Source: Eledone cirrhosa
Lineage: Eukaryota
Assembly (NCBI GenBank): GCA_964016885.1
Contig: OZ024746.1
Coordinates: forward strand, 97,526,001-97,590,000
DNA length: 64,000 nucleotides
Direction: 5' to 3'
Shown: positions 25,120-37,084 of the stretch, piece by piece
Position numbering within the stretch: position 1 is the stretch's first letter
How the letters are laid out: the number at the start of each line of letters is the position of its first letter
Program-made: the position numbers and the translations under genes
Notes under the pieces: generated by a model
Seen by the model: only the letters and a program-made list of their open reading frames with translations
The model's database searches: none
What the model was told of the DNA's origin: nothing

Positions 25120-25640
25120 ATACATGTGGAAATTAGCTGCCCAGCAGATGCCAATATAATATCAAAGATTAGTGAAAAGGAGAATATTTATGCAGAACTG
25201 ATGAAAAATCTGCAGATACTCCACCCTGATTACACCTTCAGATTTATGCCTGTGATTATTGGGGCACTGGGATATGTTAGTAACTGCCTCAATACAAATC
25301 TTGAGAAGCTAGGCTTCACAGGAACAGAAAGAACACAACTAGTTAGGAAATTACAAGTACAATCCATTATTGAAACAGTAAAAATATGTAAAACATTCCA
25401 AACATTTTGCATCTAATAACTGCATATACACATGTACAGATACAAAGCATATACACATGCCCACATACAACTCAAAACATACACATCCACACATACAATA
25501 ACATCCATATCTACACATGCATACATACATATCTACCTAGTTGATGTTGTGTAAATTCCAATGAGAGAGTCTTGTGTCTATGTTAGAAACCGACTCTCTC
25601 TCTATTGGTAAAACTTAGTGAAATTATAAAACCAGAAGAA
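25120..25640 (+). mobile_element. R4/Dong-like non-LTR retrotransposon 3' fragment (RLE C-terminus + UTR)
   Basis: VEISCPADANIISKISEKENIYAEL..FMPVIIGALG matches RLE motifs of R4/Dong elements; UTR hairpin ccaat-gagagagtc..gactctctc-attgg. Confidence 0.7.
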
Positions 25641-25659
25641 CATACATACATATATGTTG

Positions 25660-26095
25660 GCTGCAAACTCTGACAAGCGTATTGTAATCGCTTGTCAGAT
25701 TCAGATGTGGGACGCTCAGATATGGCTTTTCAAGCCTGCTAGAGACTTGCACTCCTTCACACACTGACGACAACTATGGATCTCCCTGGCTTGAGGTCCT
25801 GCATCAGGTTGCCCATGAACCCTCACAGTACCGTTGAGATCATAGTTCACTGGTTCTCTCTGAACATGGCTGTGACTGTGGATCAGATTTGCTCAAGCAA
25901 ATTTTTCCACACTCAGGGCACTTCAATTAAATGGATACCCCAGGGCATTGCTTACGCACATCCCATTTGATCTTCTCGTGCTCTCTGTGTCTGTCCTCAA
26001 AATTAGGGACCCCATCATTCACCATTCCACGCCAAGTTTCTCTTTCAGGAGCTTCTATCTCCCAGTCAGCCATCATAAAACCAGTTTTTTTCAAT
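25660..26095 (-). mobile_element. RTE-like 3' fragment ending in two C2H2 zinc fingers
   Basis: DWEIEAPERETWRGMVNDGVPNFEDR..CPECGKICLSKS/LIHSHSH..CRQCVKECKSLAGLKSHI*ASH; 11-bp hairpin at 25669-25699. Confidence 0.75.
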
Positions 26096-26129
26096 ATATA
26101 TATACATACATATACATATCTCTATCTAT

Positions 26130-26317
26130 CTAAGGCGGGTAAAATTCCCGAGATCCATGGACGAGTTCTCTCCAGCGGTCTCTGTCCCTCATTATCGCTG
26201 CCATATCCTGCATCTCCAACAGACCAGTGTCTGTCCTTAGGGCATCAACATATGTTAACCTTGGTCTTCCTCTTCTAGTGTGTCCATGTAGGGGCTCCCA
26301 AAGGAGAACTGAGTGCA
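26130..26317 (-). mobile_element. RTE-like LINE C-terminal end
   Basis: HSVLLWEPLHGHTRRGRPRLTYVDALRTDTG..MRDRDRWRELV. Confidence 0.85.
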
Positions 26318-26710
26318 ATGTCAACACCTGATGGGATGACAGAGTTCTTTGAGATACTGGCTGGAGTGCTCCAGGGAGATACATTGGCTCCCTACCTTTT
26401 TATCATCGTAGTGGACTATTGTATGCGCCTTGCACTGGAGAAACACCAGGACTCTGGCTTTACTGTAGCACCGGCTCAGAGCAGGAGAGTTGGGGCGAAA
26501 AAGGTATCGGATGCTGAATTTGCCGACGACATAGTTTTGGTGACAAATACAGTGAAGGAGGCAGAGGATTTGATGCGGGAGGTTGAGACTGTGTCGATGA
26601 GTGTGGGGCTGAGAATGAATGAGACTAAAACAAAATATCTGGTAGAGAATGTTGAGAAGCCAGAGGGGATCACTAATGTAGGCGGGAAGCCGCTGGAATT
26701 GGTTGGGGAC
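26318..26710 (+). mobile_element. RT-domain fragment, inverted relative to 26130-26317
   Basis: TPDGMTEFFEILAGVLQGDTLAPYLFIIVVDY..EFADDIVL..GLRMNETKT. Confidence 0.88.
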
Positions 26711-26744
26711 ATATACATATATATATATATATATATATACATAC

Positions 26745-27011
26745 ATATATTCTATAAAATGCACACAATGCAGATCCTGGGTACACAAGAGATGTAGCGG
26801 GATAGCAAGCAAACTAACAGGTAGGGAGAAATATGTATGCAGTAGATGTACAGGGAAATTAGACAGTAGAAGTCGCATTGATAGACACATTTTTCAGATG
26901 CAGGAGGGCGCTATAGAAGTGGTGGATAGCTTCCGGTACCTAGGAGATCAGATTAGCATGGGAGGAGGGTGTTCCGAGGCCATAGTATCTAAAATGATGA
27001 TGATGATGATG
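26745..27011 (+). mobile_element. internal RTE fragment (PHD-like insert) ending in (GAT)n
   Basis: [45 protein letters not shown] then atgatgatg. Confidence 0.85.
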
Positions 27012-27220
27012 ACATATACATACATATATATATACACATACATATACATACATATATTTACATACATACACATACATATACATACATATATATATATATT
27101 TACATTTATATATATATATATATATACATACATATATATATACACATACATACGTATATTTACATACATATACATACATATATATATATTTATATACATA
27201 TACATATATATTTATATATA

Positions 27221-27290
<70 letters not shown>

Positions 27291-27404
27291 GGTCACATAT
27301 AAATACAAGTGAATAAAGAAGTAAATATGTTGGTATTTTCTCTCTTTCACCCAGACTTAGTCTGTCTCACTGAGTAAACCAGCCTAGTCTAACTTTAACA
27401 AACT

Positions 27405-27963
27405 TATGGTAACCTACCCTATGGTAACCTAACCTATGGTAACCTACTCTATGGTAACCTAACCTATAGTAACCTATGCTATGGTAACCTACTTTATAGT
27501 AACCTACTCTATGGTAACCTACTCTATAGTAACCTACCCTATGGTAACCTACCCTATGGTAACCTACCCTATGGTAACCTGCTCTATAGTAACCTACTCT
27601 ATGGTAACCTACCTTATGGTAACCTACCCTATGGTAACCTGCTCTATAGTAACCTACTCTATGGTAACCTACCCTATGATAACCTACCCTATGGTAACCT
27701 ACTCTAGAGTAACCTACCCTATGGTAACCTAACCTACGGTAACCTACCCTATGGTAACCAACCCTATAGTAACCTACTCTATGGTAACCTAACCTATAGT
27801 AACCTACCCTATGGTAACCTAACCTATAGTAACCTACCCTATGGTAACCTAACCTATAGTAACCTAACCTATGGTAACCTAACCTATAGTAACCTACCCT
27901 ATGGTAACCTAACCTATAGTAACCTAACCTATGGTAACCTAACCTATAGTAACCTACCCTATG
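27405..27963. repeat. 15-bp minisatellite, about 37 copies
   Basis: Unit atggtaacctaccct with atagt/aacct/actct variants. Confidence 0.95.
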
Positions 27964-28867
27964 AGCTATGGCAAGTCATTGATATTATTTTGGCAGTATC
28001 GGTAGAGGGTCGGACGCCATGCTTTGATGTATAGAGTTACGGCCCTTGCCATTCTGAGTTCAAATCCCGCCGAGGTTAACTTTGCCTTTCATCCTTATGG
28101 GGTCGATAAAATAAAGTACCAGTAATGTACTGGGTAATTGCTGTCCTTGTGCCAAAAGTAGAAACAATTATTATAATCTCTACGTTAAATAGACTTAACA
28201 AATATGAGATCCAGTAGGAAATAATTGTGGTAGGCTGCTAGAGTTATGGTAAAGGGTGTACAACGTGTGTTAGGCTGGTAGTTTCACTGTTTACGCCGTC
28301 AGTGGTAAAGGTTCACATTTTATATTCGGCAGACAAGTCGACCCCTGCTTTTGAAAATAATATATTTTTAGGCTCCAAATGTCGACTTGTATGTCGGCAT
28401 ACGTGATAGATGTTAAAGAAAAATTATTGCATTTATTCTTTTGTAATTAATCAGTAGTGATAAAAAGAGTGAGTGAATGAAAGAGTTCAGTCAGGGAAAT
28501 TGTCAAGGTTTTCTAACTACAACAATAAATAAATGTATGGAATATGAATTCATGTAAGAATATGGTTAGAATAGCCACTATATTCCTGGCACATGTTATA
28601 TTAGTTTAATATAATGATCAAGTGCCTACATTTCAAGTTACCAACAAGCAAGGTCAACAACACTGCATATAAAACAGTTGTAGCCAACATTTAATTAATA
28701 CATATTCAGTGTTCACACAAATTTATATTCACAGCATACATTTCCTACAACTCATATTCAAGACTTATTGAAAGAAAATACATTGACAAAAATCCACAAA
28801 TATATATATATATATGATGATGATGATTATATATATGCATATAAATCCATATATATATATATATATA

Positions 28868-28927
<60 letters not shown>

Positions 28928-29001
28928 TATATATATATATATATTTATTAAAATAACAGATTTTAAGAAAACAGGATTTTAGGCTTCAAATTTATTATTA
29001 T

Positions 29002-29035
<34 letters not shown>

Positions 29036-29037
29036 TC

Positions 29038-29072
<35 letters not shown>

Positions 29073-29085
29073 GTATGCATATAAA

Positions 29086-29140
<55 letters not shown>

Positions 29141-29177
29141 TCATATATATATTATATATATATGGTATGCATATAAA

Positions 29178-29239
<62 letters not shown>

Positions 29240-29261
29240 TATATATATATATGCATATAAA

Positions 29262-29314
<53 letters not shown>

Positions 29315-29756
29315 AATCCATATATATATTTATACATATATTTATGCATATAAATTTACATGTATGTATATATCATCATCGTCAAATGCATGCATACAAA
29401 TTCATGTTGTGTTCAATAATAAAACACAGTAAATTTAGAAGCTAATGGTAAAATATTTCTAATAAAATAATAACATGATTCAAAACTCGAAAATATCAAT
29501 AATTTGAATCAATGAACACACATATATAATTGAGAATTAACTACATCATAATAATTAGCCTAATAGCAAGATATTTTTCAGCAAATTATGTGGTATATAA
29601 TTATAGAAAAGCTGCCACACGTAAGCTAAACATTACAGACATCTTGATACATGCAATAGAAATAAGTTGTTTGAAGTATTTCACCAAAAACAAACAGAAC
29701 AGGTTGAATGGAATTAATACTTTACCAAAACTTCTTTCTATATCAGGAACTTAAAA

Positions 29757-29822
29757 AGCTTACCTGAAAAATACAGAAAAATAATAAAGTTATTACATCA
29801 TAGAAAAATGGATGTGTAATTT
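29757..29822 (-). promoter_or_regulatory. candidate recursive splice site (3' acceptor immediately followed by 5' donor)
   Basis: Minus strand ctttattatttttctgtatttttcag|gtaagc; no AG in the about 55 nt upstream. Function unverified. Confidence 0.4.
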
Positions 29823-29839
29823 CTGTAATTGTAAGTGAT

Positions 29840-30315
29840 ATCATCATCATCATCATCATTTAACATGTTCCACACTAACATGGGTTAGAAGGGTTTGTCC
29901 CATTTGAGGCAAGTTTTGTTGGGTGACTGTGTCTTGCTCGTATAGGACTGTTTCTGGCTAGTTTTCTATGGCTGGATGCCCTTCCTAATGCCAACCACAT
30001 TTACAATGTGTGCTGGATGCTTTTTGCTGGCTACTGTACTTTCAGAACACCCTCCTCTACTGCTGATTTTGTCACCCAGGTAACGGAAAGTGTCTACTAT
30101 TTCTGTAGAACCATCTGGGCAGTTGAGGGAGCTAGTATCCAGTGGGCACTTGTACTTAGTGCCCCTGAGCATCAGCCATATATAAAACCTACATTCTTTG
30201 ATACCTTGTCTGTGATCCCACTCATCTTTTATGTACACATAACTTGCATTTGGGACATAGAAGGGAATTTCTACCTACTCCTTTCCTACACACTGAACAA
30301 GGCCGTTTCCCAGAA
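29840..30315 (-). mobile_element. internally deleted RTE copy: PHD-region fragment fused to the 3' UTR
   Basis: CSVCRKGVGRNS..DTFRYLGDKISSRGGCSESTVA joined directly to aaaaagcatccagcacacattgtaaatg..ggaagggcatccagc..(gat)n. Confidence 0.8.
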
Positions 30316-30329
30316 ATAAATAAAAAGTA

Positions 30330-30890
30330 GACCACCTCCCTACTCACCACCATCAACACCCCATAGCAGTGAGACTTCTGGTGTCCTTGGCCCTAGGACC
30401 ATCTCCCTACTCACCACCATCAACACCCCATAGCAGTGAGACTTCTGGTGTCCTTGGCCCTAGGACCACCTCCCTACTCACCACCATCAACACCCCTTAG
30501 CAGTGAGACTTCTGGTGTCCTTGGCCCTAGGACCACCTCCCTACTCACCACCATCAACACCCCATAGCAGTGAGACTTCTGGTGTCCTTGGCCCTAGGAC
30601 CACCTCCCTACTCACCACCATCAACACCCCATAGCAGTGAGACTTCTGGTGTCCTTGGCCCTAGGACCACCTCCCTACTCACCACCATCAACACCCCATA
30701 GCAGTGAGACTTCTGGTGTCCTTGGCCCTAGGACCACCTCCCTACTCACCACCATCAACACCCCATAGCAGTGGAGACTTCTGGTGTCCTTGGCCCTAGG
30801 ACCACCTCCCTACTCACCACCATCAACACCCCGTAGCAGTGGAGACTTCTGGTGTCCTTGGCCCTAGGACCACCTCCCTACTCACCAACA
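30330..30890. repeat. 67/68-bp tandem array x8 derived from the CRE RLE coding region
   Basis: gagacttc at 30371, 30438, 30505 ... 30842; the last unit reads into VETSGVLGPRTTSLLTNIGTEL. Confidence 0.92.
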
Positions 30891-31030
30891 TCGGCACAGA
30901 GTTGGCTACCCACAGGTGTGAGCCTCGTGAGCTGGAATGGCTCTGCCAATGTGTCTCCATCACCATCCTCTGGGCGAAACGCCTTCTCTATTTTGTCTGC
31001 TGGGGCCATGGGACGGCGAATGTGTGTACC
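30830..31030 (+). mobile_element. CRE-clade LINE C-terminal fragment
   Basis: AVETSGVLGP..LLTNIGTELATHRCEPRELEWLCQCVSITIL/RNAFSIL; homologue at 55370-55515(-). Confidence 0.75.
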
Positions 31031-31334
31031 CCCATTTGCTTATAATAGTGAGAGATAGGAAGAGTGAGAGAGACAGAGGAGGCAGTGATTGAAAGGGAGA
31101 GACGGGGAGAGTGAGAGAGACAGGGCCAGTGAGTGAGAGAGAAAGAACATCAACACTTATTTACTTATTTATTTGTATTTACTGTACCAAAAGAATGCTA
31201 CTTCAGACTTATTACTGTTTGGGACCGTACAAATATTGAGGTTTGCAAAGCTTGCTCATGTTAATCAAAGTCATAAATAAACATTTTAGGTACACAAAAT
31301 ATGTATAAGTTAACTCTTTTGTTACCACATTAGA

Positions 31335-31710
31335 AATGGAGCGAAATAAAGCAAGCATGCTCCGTTGGATGTGCAATGTCAATGTGCATGAACGACTAAG
31401 AGAGAGAAACTGTGTATAAGAGGGATAGGCTGTAGTGTGTGGGTGAGGACATGTGATGCGCATGGAGGATGACCGCTGGGTAAAGAAGTGCTAAGAAATC
31501 CCCGTAGAAGGAAGATGCAGTTGAGGAAAACCACGATAAACATGGGTGGAGTTGGTTAGAGCTGATCTCAGACCGCTGAAGCTCACGGAGGAGATGACAA
31601 AGGACCATGGTGAATAGAGAGATGCGGTGCTTAATAAGACCCCTCCCCCACCCAAACCTTTGCAAGCAGGGTAAAGCAGACGTAAAATGATGATAATGAT
31701 GATGATGGTG
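31335..31710 (+). mobile_element. degenerate RTE subfamily B 3' fragment
   Basis: Homologous to 43430-43830; ends gcaagcagggtaaagcagacgtaaaa(tga)n. Confidence 0.8.
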
Positions 31711-31724
31711 ATTAAGAAACATAT

Positions 31725-31781
31725 GTGGTAGAATGCTCGCCTGCCATACGGACTGCCCAGGTTCAATTCCCGGCCGATGTA
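31725..31781 (+). pseudogene. 5'-truncated tRNA-Gly(GCC) retrocopy
   Basis: gtggtagaatgctcgcctgccatacggactgcccaggttcaattcccggccgatgta versus metazoan tRNA-Gly GTGGTAGAATGCTCGCCTGCCACGCGGGCGGCCCGGGTTCGATTCCCGGCCGATGCA; the first ~14 nt are missing and differences are mostly transitions at CpG. Confidence 0.85.
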
Positions 31782-31924
31782 CAACGTAACCCATGCTAGA
31801 TTGGAAGAACGGACATAAAACGGTGATGATAATGATGATGATGATATATATATACACACATACATATACATATATATACACATACATATACATATATATA
31901 TATATGTGTATATATATATACATA

Positions 31925-32367
31925 CAGAGGGACCAGCTATTGAGATTAACGAATATAGTGTCCAAGAGGAGATTAGGGAAATGAAAAATGGTAAGGCTGC
32001 TGGACCATCGGGAATAGTTGCTGAGATGCTGAAGGCATCAAGGGATGTAGGCACTAAACTGGTTGCAAGCATCATCAATCAGGCAATATATGGCGGTGTC
32101 TTACCCAAAGACTGGTGCAGCAGTATTCTCATAAATTGCTACAAAGGTAAAGGGGATGCTCTTGATAGGAGCAATTATAGGGGTATAAAACTAATGGATC
32201 AGGTTATGAAAGTGGCAGAAAGGATATTAGTACAACTAATTAGAGAAAGGGTCAACCTAGATGAGATGCAGTTTGGTTTTGTGCCTGGGAAAAGTACAAC
32301 AGATGCCCTCTTCTTGGTGAGACAATTACAAGAGAGGTTCTTAGAGAAGAATAAGCCACTATACTTA
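31925..32367 (+). mobile_element. RTE RT N-terminal fragment
   Basis: MKNGKAAGPSGIVAEMLK..NYRGIKLMD..QFGFVPGKSTTDA; truncated by a SINE family 2 fragment. Confidence 0.9.
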
Positions 32368-32689
32368 GCTCATTTCTACAGCTGAGTAAACTGGAGCAAT
32401 GTGAAATAAAGTGTCTTGCTCAAGGAAACAACACATCACCCGGTCTGAGAATTGAACTCACAACCTTTCGATTGCAAGGCCAATGCTCTAACCACTAAGC
32501 CATGTGGTTATATAGATATATATACTTACATATATACACATACATATATGCATATACATATACATATGCTCACTTAGGGGAACCTACAGTAACTTGACGT
32601 TACAACCCCTAAACTATATATATATATATATGTATATATATACACACACATATATATATACGCACATACATATATGCATTTATATATGT

Positions 32690-33376
32690 ATGTTGCGTTG
32701 GTATGGACATGTGATGCGTATGAAGAATGACAGCTGCATAAAAAGGTGCAGAGCACTAGAAGTCAATGGAAACCGCGCAGTGGGGAGACCCAAGAAGACC
32801 TGGGATGAGGTGATAAAAGCCGACCTTAATCAATTACACCTTTCAAAGGCGATGACACACGACCGTGACCTCTGGTGTCACGCAGTAATACAGAGTACCA
32901 GACCTCCCACGGGTACAAGCCGAAGCTGAAACATATAGACAATATGCCCCCACACCCTCCCACTGCAAAGTGGTCGTGGAGGTGCCACGGCAATAAAGCA
33001 CCCAGCCCACACTGTAAAGTGGTCATGGAGGTGCCACGGCAATAAAGCACCCAGCCCAGACTGTAAAGTGGTCGTGGAGGTGCCACGGCAATAAAGCACC
33101 CAGCCCACACTGTAAAGTGGTCGTGGAGGTGCCACGGCAATAAAGCACCCAGCCCACACTGTAAAGTGGAGGTGTAGGCGCCATGAAAAAAAAGCACCCA
33201 GCACTCACTGTAGATGAGGTTGGTGTTAGGAAGGGCATTCAGCTGTAGAAATCAAGCCGGAATCAGTTCCCGTATGAGCAAGACATGGTCAGCCGACCAG
33301 ACACTGCCCACAACAGAACAATCCGTCTAACCCATGCTAGCGTGGAAGAACGGACGTAAAACGGTGATGATGATGA

Positions 33377-33378
<2 letters not shown>
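32690..33378 (+). mobile_element. RTE subfamily A 3' end with a 49-bp unit repeated about 4 times in the UTR
   Basis: LRWYGHVMRM..GRPKKTWDEV; cccagcccacactgtaaagtggtcgtggaggtgccacggcaataaagca at 33001, 33050, ... Confidence 0.9.
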
Positions 33379-33411
<33 letters not shown>

Positions 33412-33821
33412 GCTTAAACATTTTTTGATCACCAAAATTTCAGTGTGTGTGTGTGAGAGAGAGAGAGAGCGAGAGAGAGAGATATGAGTATACAGAATTT
33501 TCCATAAATATAAGAACTCAAGTATCTCAATGTCTTTGTGTTAAATTCTGAAACCATAGCAATACATTTCAATAAATGTAAGATCTAACATTAAGCATTT
33601 TAAATTGTCTTTCATATTTATCAATAATAACTGTCCAAACTCATACCAACATAATTTGAAAAGTAGGTATACAATGTTGTTGATGATATACAATGATGCT
33701 ATGATGTGTTTCCATTACTAAGAGAACTATATACTGACATTCACCAAGATATCTTTCTTGTTTATATACAAGTATGTCATAATGTGTATGATTTGTTAGC
33801 CAAAATGTATTTATATATTGT

Positions 33822-34257
33822 GGCACATGGCTTAGTGGTTAGAGCATTGGCCTTGCAATTGAAAGGTTGTGAGTTCAATTCTTGGAGCGGGTGATGTGTT
33901 GTTTCCTTGAGCAAGACACTTTATTTCACATTGCTCTAGTTTAATCAGCTGTAGAAATGAGATGATAGGACTGGGGTCCCTATCATTCCACTGCAAAGTG
34001 GTCGTGGAGGTGCCACAGCAAAAAGGCACTCAGCCCACACTGTAAAGTGGACATGTAGGCGCCACATAAAAAAAAGCACCCAGCACTCACTGTAAATGAG
34101 TTTGGTGTTAGGAAGGGCATCCAGCTGTAGAAATCAAGCCAGAATCAGTTCCCGTATGAGCAAGACAAAGTCACCCGACCGGACACTGCCCACAGCAGGG
34201 CAACCCGTCTAACCCATGCTAGCGTGGAAGAACGGACGTAAAACGGTGATGATGATG
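33822..34257 (+). mobile_element. SINE family 2, full length, long-tail variant (also 42560-43000 minus)
   Basis: Same head as 19790; tail cccgtatgagcaagac..cccgtctaacccatgctagcgtgg..(gat)n, closely matching the RTE subfamily A end. Confidence 0.9.
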
Positions 34258-34444
34258 GCCAGATTCTGGAAACAGATTACATATATGACAATAATATCAG
34301 TCGGTGATTACTTTCTCTGCCTCACCAAGCTCATAAATGTTGCAATAAGTGTTCAGGGTGTACAGATGTCTTATCTGATTGTTGACATGGAGTGACTTAA
34401 ACGGAAGTAAACCTCTAGCTTTGATAACATCAAAAACATTCAGA

Positions 34445-35160
34445 ATATAAATATTGTTTTCCAACAATTTTGTGGGAGGGGAAAGTTAATTAAATCAACC
34501 TCAGTGCAATACTGGTACTATATTTTATCGACCCTGTAAAGATGAAAGGCAAAGCTCACCTTAGAGGGATTTGAAATGACAATAATAATAATTTTTTCTA
34601 CTTTAGGCACAAGGCCAGGAATTTGAAGGGGAGGGGATTAAATCAACCCCACTGCATTAGTGGTACTTTATTTTATTGAGTCCCGTAAGAATGAAAGGCA
34701 AATCTAACCTCGGCAGGATTTGAAATAATAATAATAATATTGGTTTCTGATTTAAGCACAAGACCAATAATTTGGTGGGAGGGGAAAGTCGATTAAATCG
34801 ATTCCAGTGTATTACTGGTACTTTATTTTATCGACCCTGTAAAGATGAAAGGCAAAGCTAACCTTGGCCGGATTTGAACCCATAAAACATGTCAGACTCT
34901 CTACAGATACTACCAATCCACCACTGTTCAAAATGCAAATATTGGTTTCTGATTTAGACACAAGGCTAACAATTAGGGGGAAGGGAAAGTTCATTAAATT
35001 CACTCCAGTACATTACTGGTATTTTATTTTATCGACCCTGTAAGGATGAAAGGCAAAGCTAATCTCAGCAGGATTTGAACTCAGATCGTAAAGGGATGTA
35101 ACACTATGCCATAAAGTATGTTGTCCAACACTCTACCAATCCACTGCCAATCCACCATCA
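34445..35160 (-). mobile_element. head-to-tail stack of about 4-5 partial SINE family 1 copies
   Basis: Repeated actggtactttattttatcgaccc..gatgaaaggcaaag..gatttgaa modules. Confidence 0.75.
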
Positions 35161-35339
35161 TTCACAATGTAAATATTGAAAATTATTTCCTTTCACTGTT
35201 GGAACTGACCAATTCTTCTGGCCCTTTTGACAATACAGCCACAACTGGCTCTTTTTCTATGCATTTTCATGGGATTTACTAAAATAATTACTTATTTCAA
35301 TATAGGAATTTGCAGGTGAGTTAGTACTATTTAATTTAT

Positions 35340-35745
35340 CAGAAGGTGGTCTCTCTGACATGCACTGGATACCTTTGCTTCTGAGTTCTGCATGGCACAA
35401 ATGAAAATCAGTGTTGCGAAGACTGAATAACTCGTTCTCTCGAGAAAGCTTGCACAGTGCACTGGAGTTACACTGAAGCAGGTGGAGAAATTCAAGTCTC
35501 TCAAAGCCATTTTCATGATTGATGGAAGGCAGGAAGCTAAATTAAATGCAATAATTGATGTAACTGGTGCAATAATTTGCTAGCTTCAGCACTTGTTGAT
35601 CAAATGAAGAAAGATAGGAGTAAAGTCAAGCTATCTATCTTCAATTATGTGTTAGTGCCTACCCTTATCTATGGTCATGTATCTTCAGTTATGATTAAAA
35701 AAATACATTTATAAATACAAGTGGCCAAAACAGGGTTACTATAAA
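35340..35745 (+). mobile_element. old RTE (Rex3-like) post-RT fragment
   Basis: HALDTFASE..MKISVAKTE..LKQVEKFK..DGRQE..KLSIFNYVLVPTLIYGH, with stops and frameshifts. Confidence 0.65.
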
Positions 35746-37084
35746 GTAAGAAGAATCTTCAGAACATTTTAAAAAATGATCAATTCTCTAACTTATTTTG
35801 TTTTTTTAGTCAATCAGTAAAGATTCTGATTGTGGTTAATTTTTTCACTGAGAAAATATGTTCCCATTTTTTCTTCATATCAGTCAAACTAAGGCCCTTT
35901 TAAACTTTTTTAAATGATGACTCCCTTTAAAAGAAATTGTCATGATGCTCCCATTTCATTTGCTAAAATAATTTTGTGTTATTATTTTGGATTGGTAGTA
36001 TCGGTAGAGGGTCGGGCACTATGCTTTGATGCATAGAGTTACGGCTCTTGCCATTCTGAGTTCAAATCCCGCCGATGTCAACTTTGCCTTTCATCCTTAC
36101 AGGGTCGATAAAATAAAGTACCAGCCAGTAATGTACTGGGTAATTGCTGGCTTTGTGTCAAAAGTAGAAAATTATTTTAATATGATATCCTGTTCAAAGT
36201 TCAAATCCCGCCCAGGTTAACTTTGCCTTTCATCCTTGCAGGGTCGATAAAATAAAGTACCAGTAATGCCCTGGGGTCAATTTAATCGACTTTCCCCCTC
36301 CCTTCAAATTGTTAGCTTTGTGCCTAAATGGGAAACAATTATTTTTATTTCAATAAAATATAATTGTTCAGCATGGTCATTAATAAAATTTAAATTAGTG
36401 GATTTCTTTTTAAATGTGCAATCACAAAGTTATAATTTTTACAAGAAAAATTGTAATAACCAGCAAATAATGATCCTGAAAACAAATTTCTCAATTGTGA
36501 TGCAAGTGAAGGCACATGGCCTAGTGGTAAGGGTATTGGACTTACAATTGTAATGTTGTGGGTTTCGATCCCTGAGCTGGGTTGTGTGTTGTGTTCTTGT
36601 GCAAAACACTTCTTTCATATTTCTCTAATATACTCAGCTAAAAATGAGCAGCAGCAATAGCTAGGGGTTTAACCCTGCGATGGACTGGCATCCTGTCCAG
36701 GGGAAAATCTTGTACTCTCAGTCGCTTCTCACCATGAAACTGCGATAAGCACCAGCTCAATGTGTTGCTTGCAGTGCATGGGGGTTTCCATTCAAGCATG
36801 CTTGCAAATACCCTGATTTTTCTTCTTTTTATTTTTGCAACAACTCTCACTTAGAGAAAGCCTTATCTAATTCATGTAGGTTAACATACATATCCACACA
36901 TGACTAATCCAATGAACTCTCAATGCTTTCATTCATCAATTATTATTGCTATAAATAATAGCAGCAACCAGTTAGTAGCTTCTTAGATGATCAACATTGA
37001 CATAAGCTATGACTACCTGACCAATCCTAGCAAGCAAGGAAAACAGGCGGGAAATTTGTTAGCTTACAAATACTGAGTATGATG

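Noticed and set aside
31725-31781. Functional tRNA-Gly gene
   Set aside because: The 5' acceptor strand and part of the D-arm are missing and the anticodon stem is mutated.
35301-35321. Plus-strand micro-exon tatag|GAATTTGCAG|gtgagt, and similar AG/GT pairs near 10930, 22524 and 48242
   Set aside because: Weak pyrimidine tracts or donors, no coherent reading frame among them, and expected by chance in AT-rich DNA.
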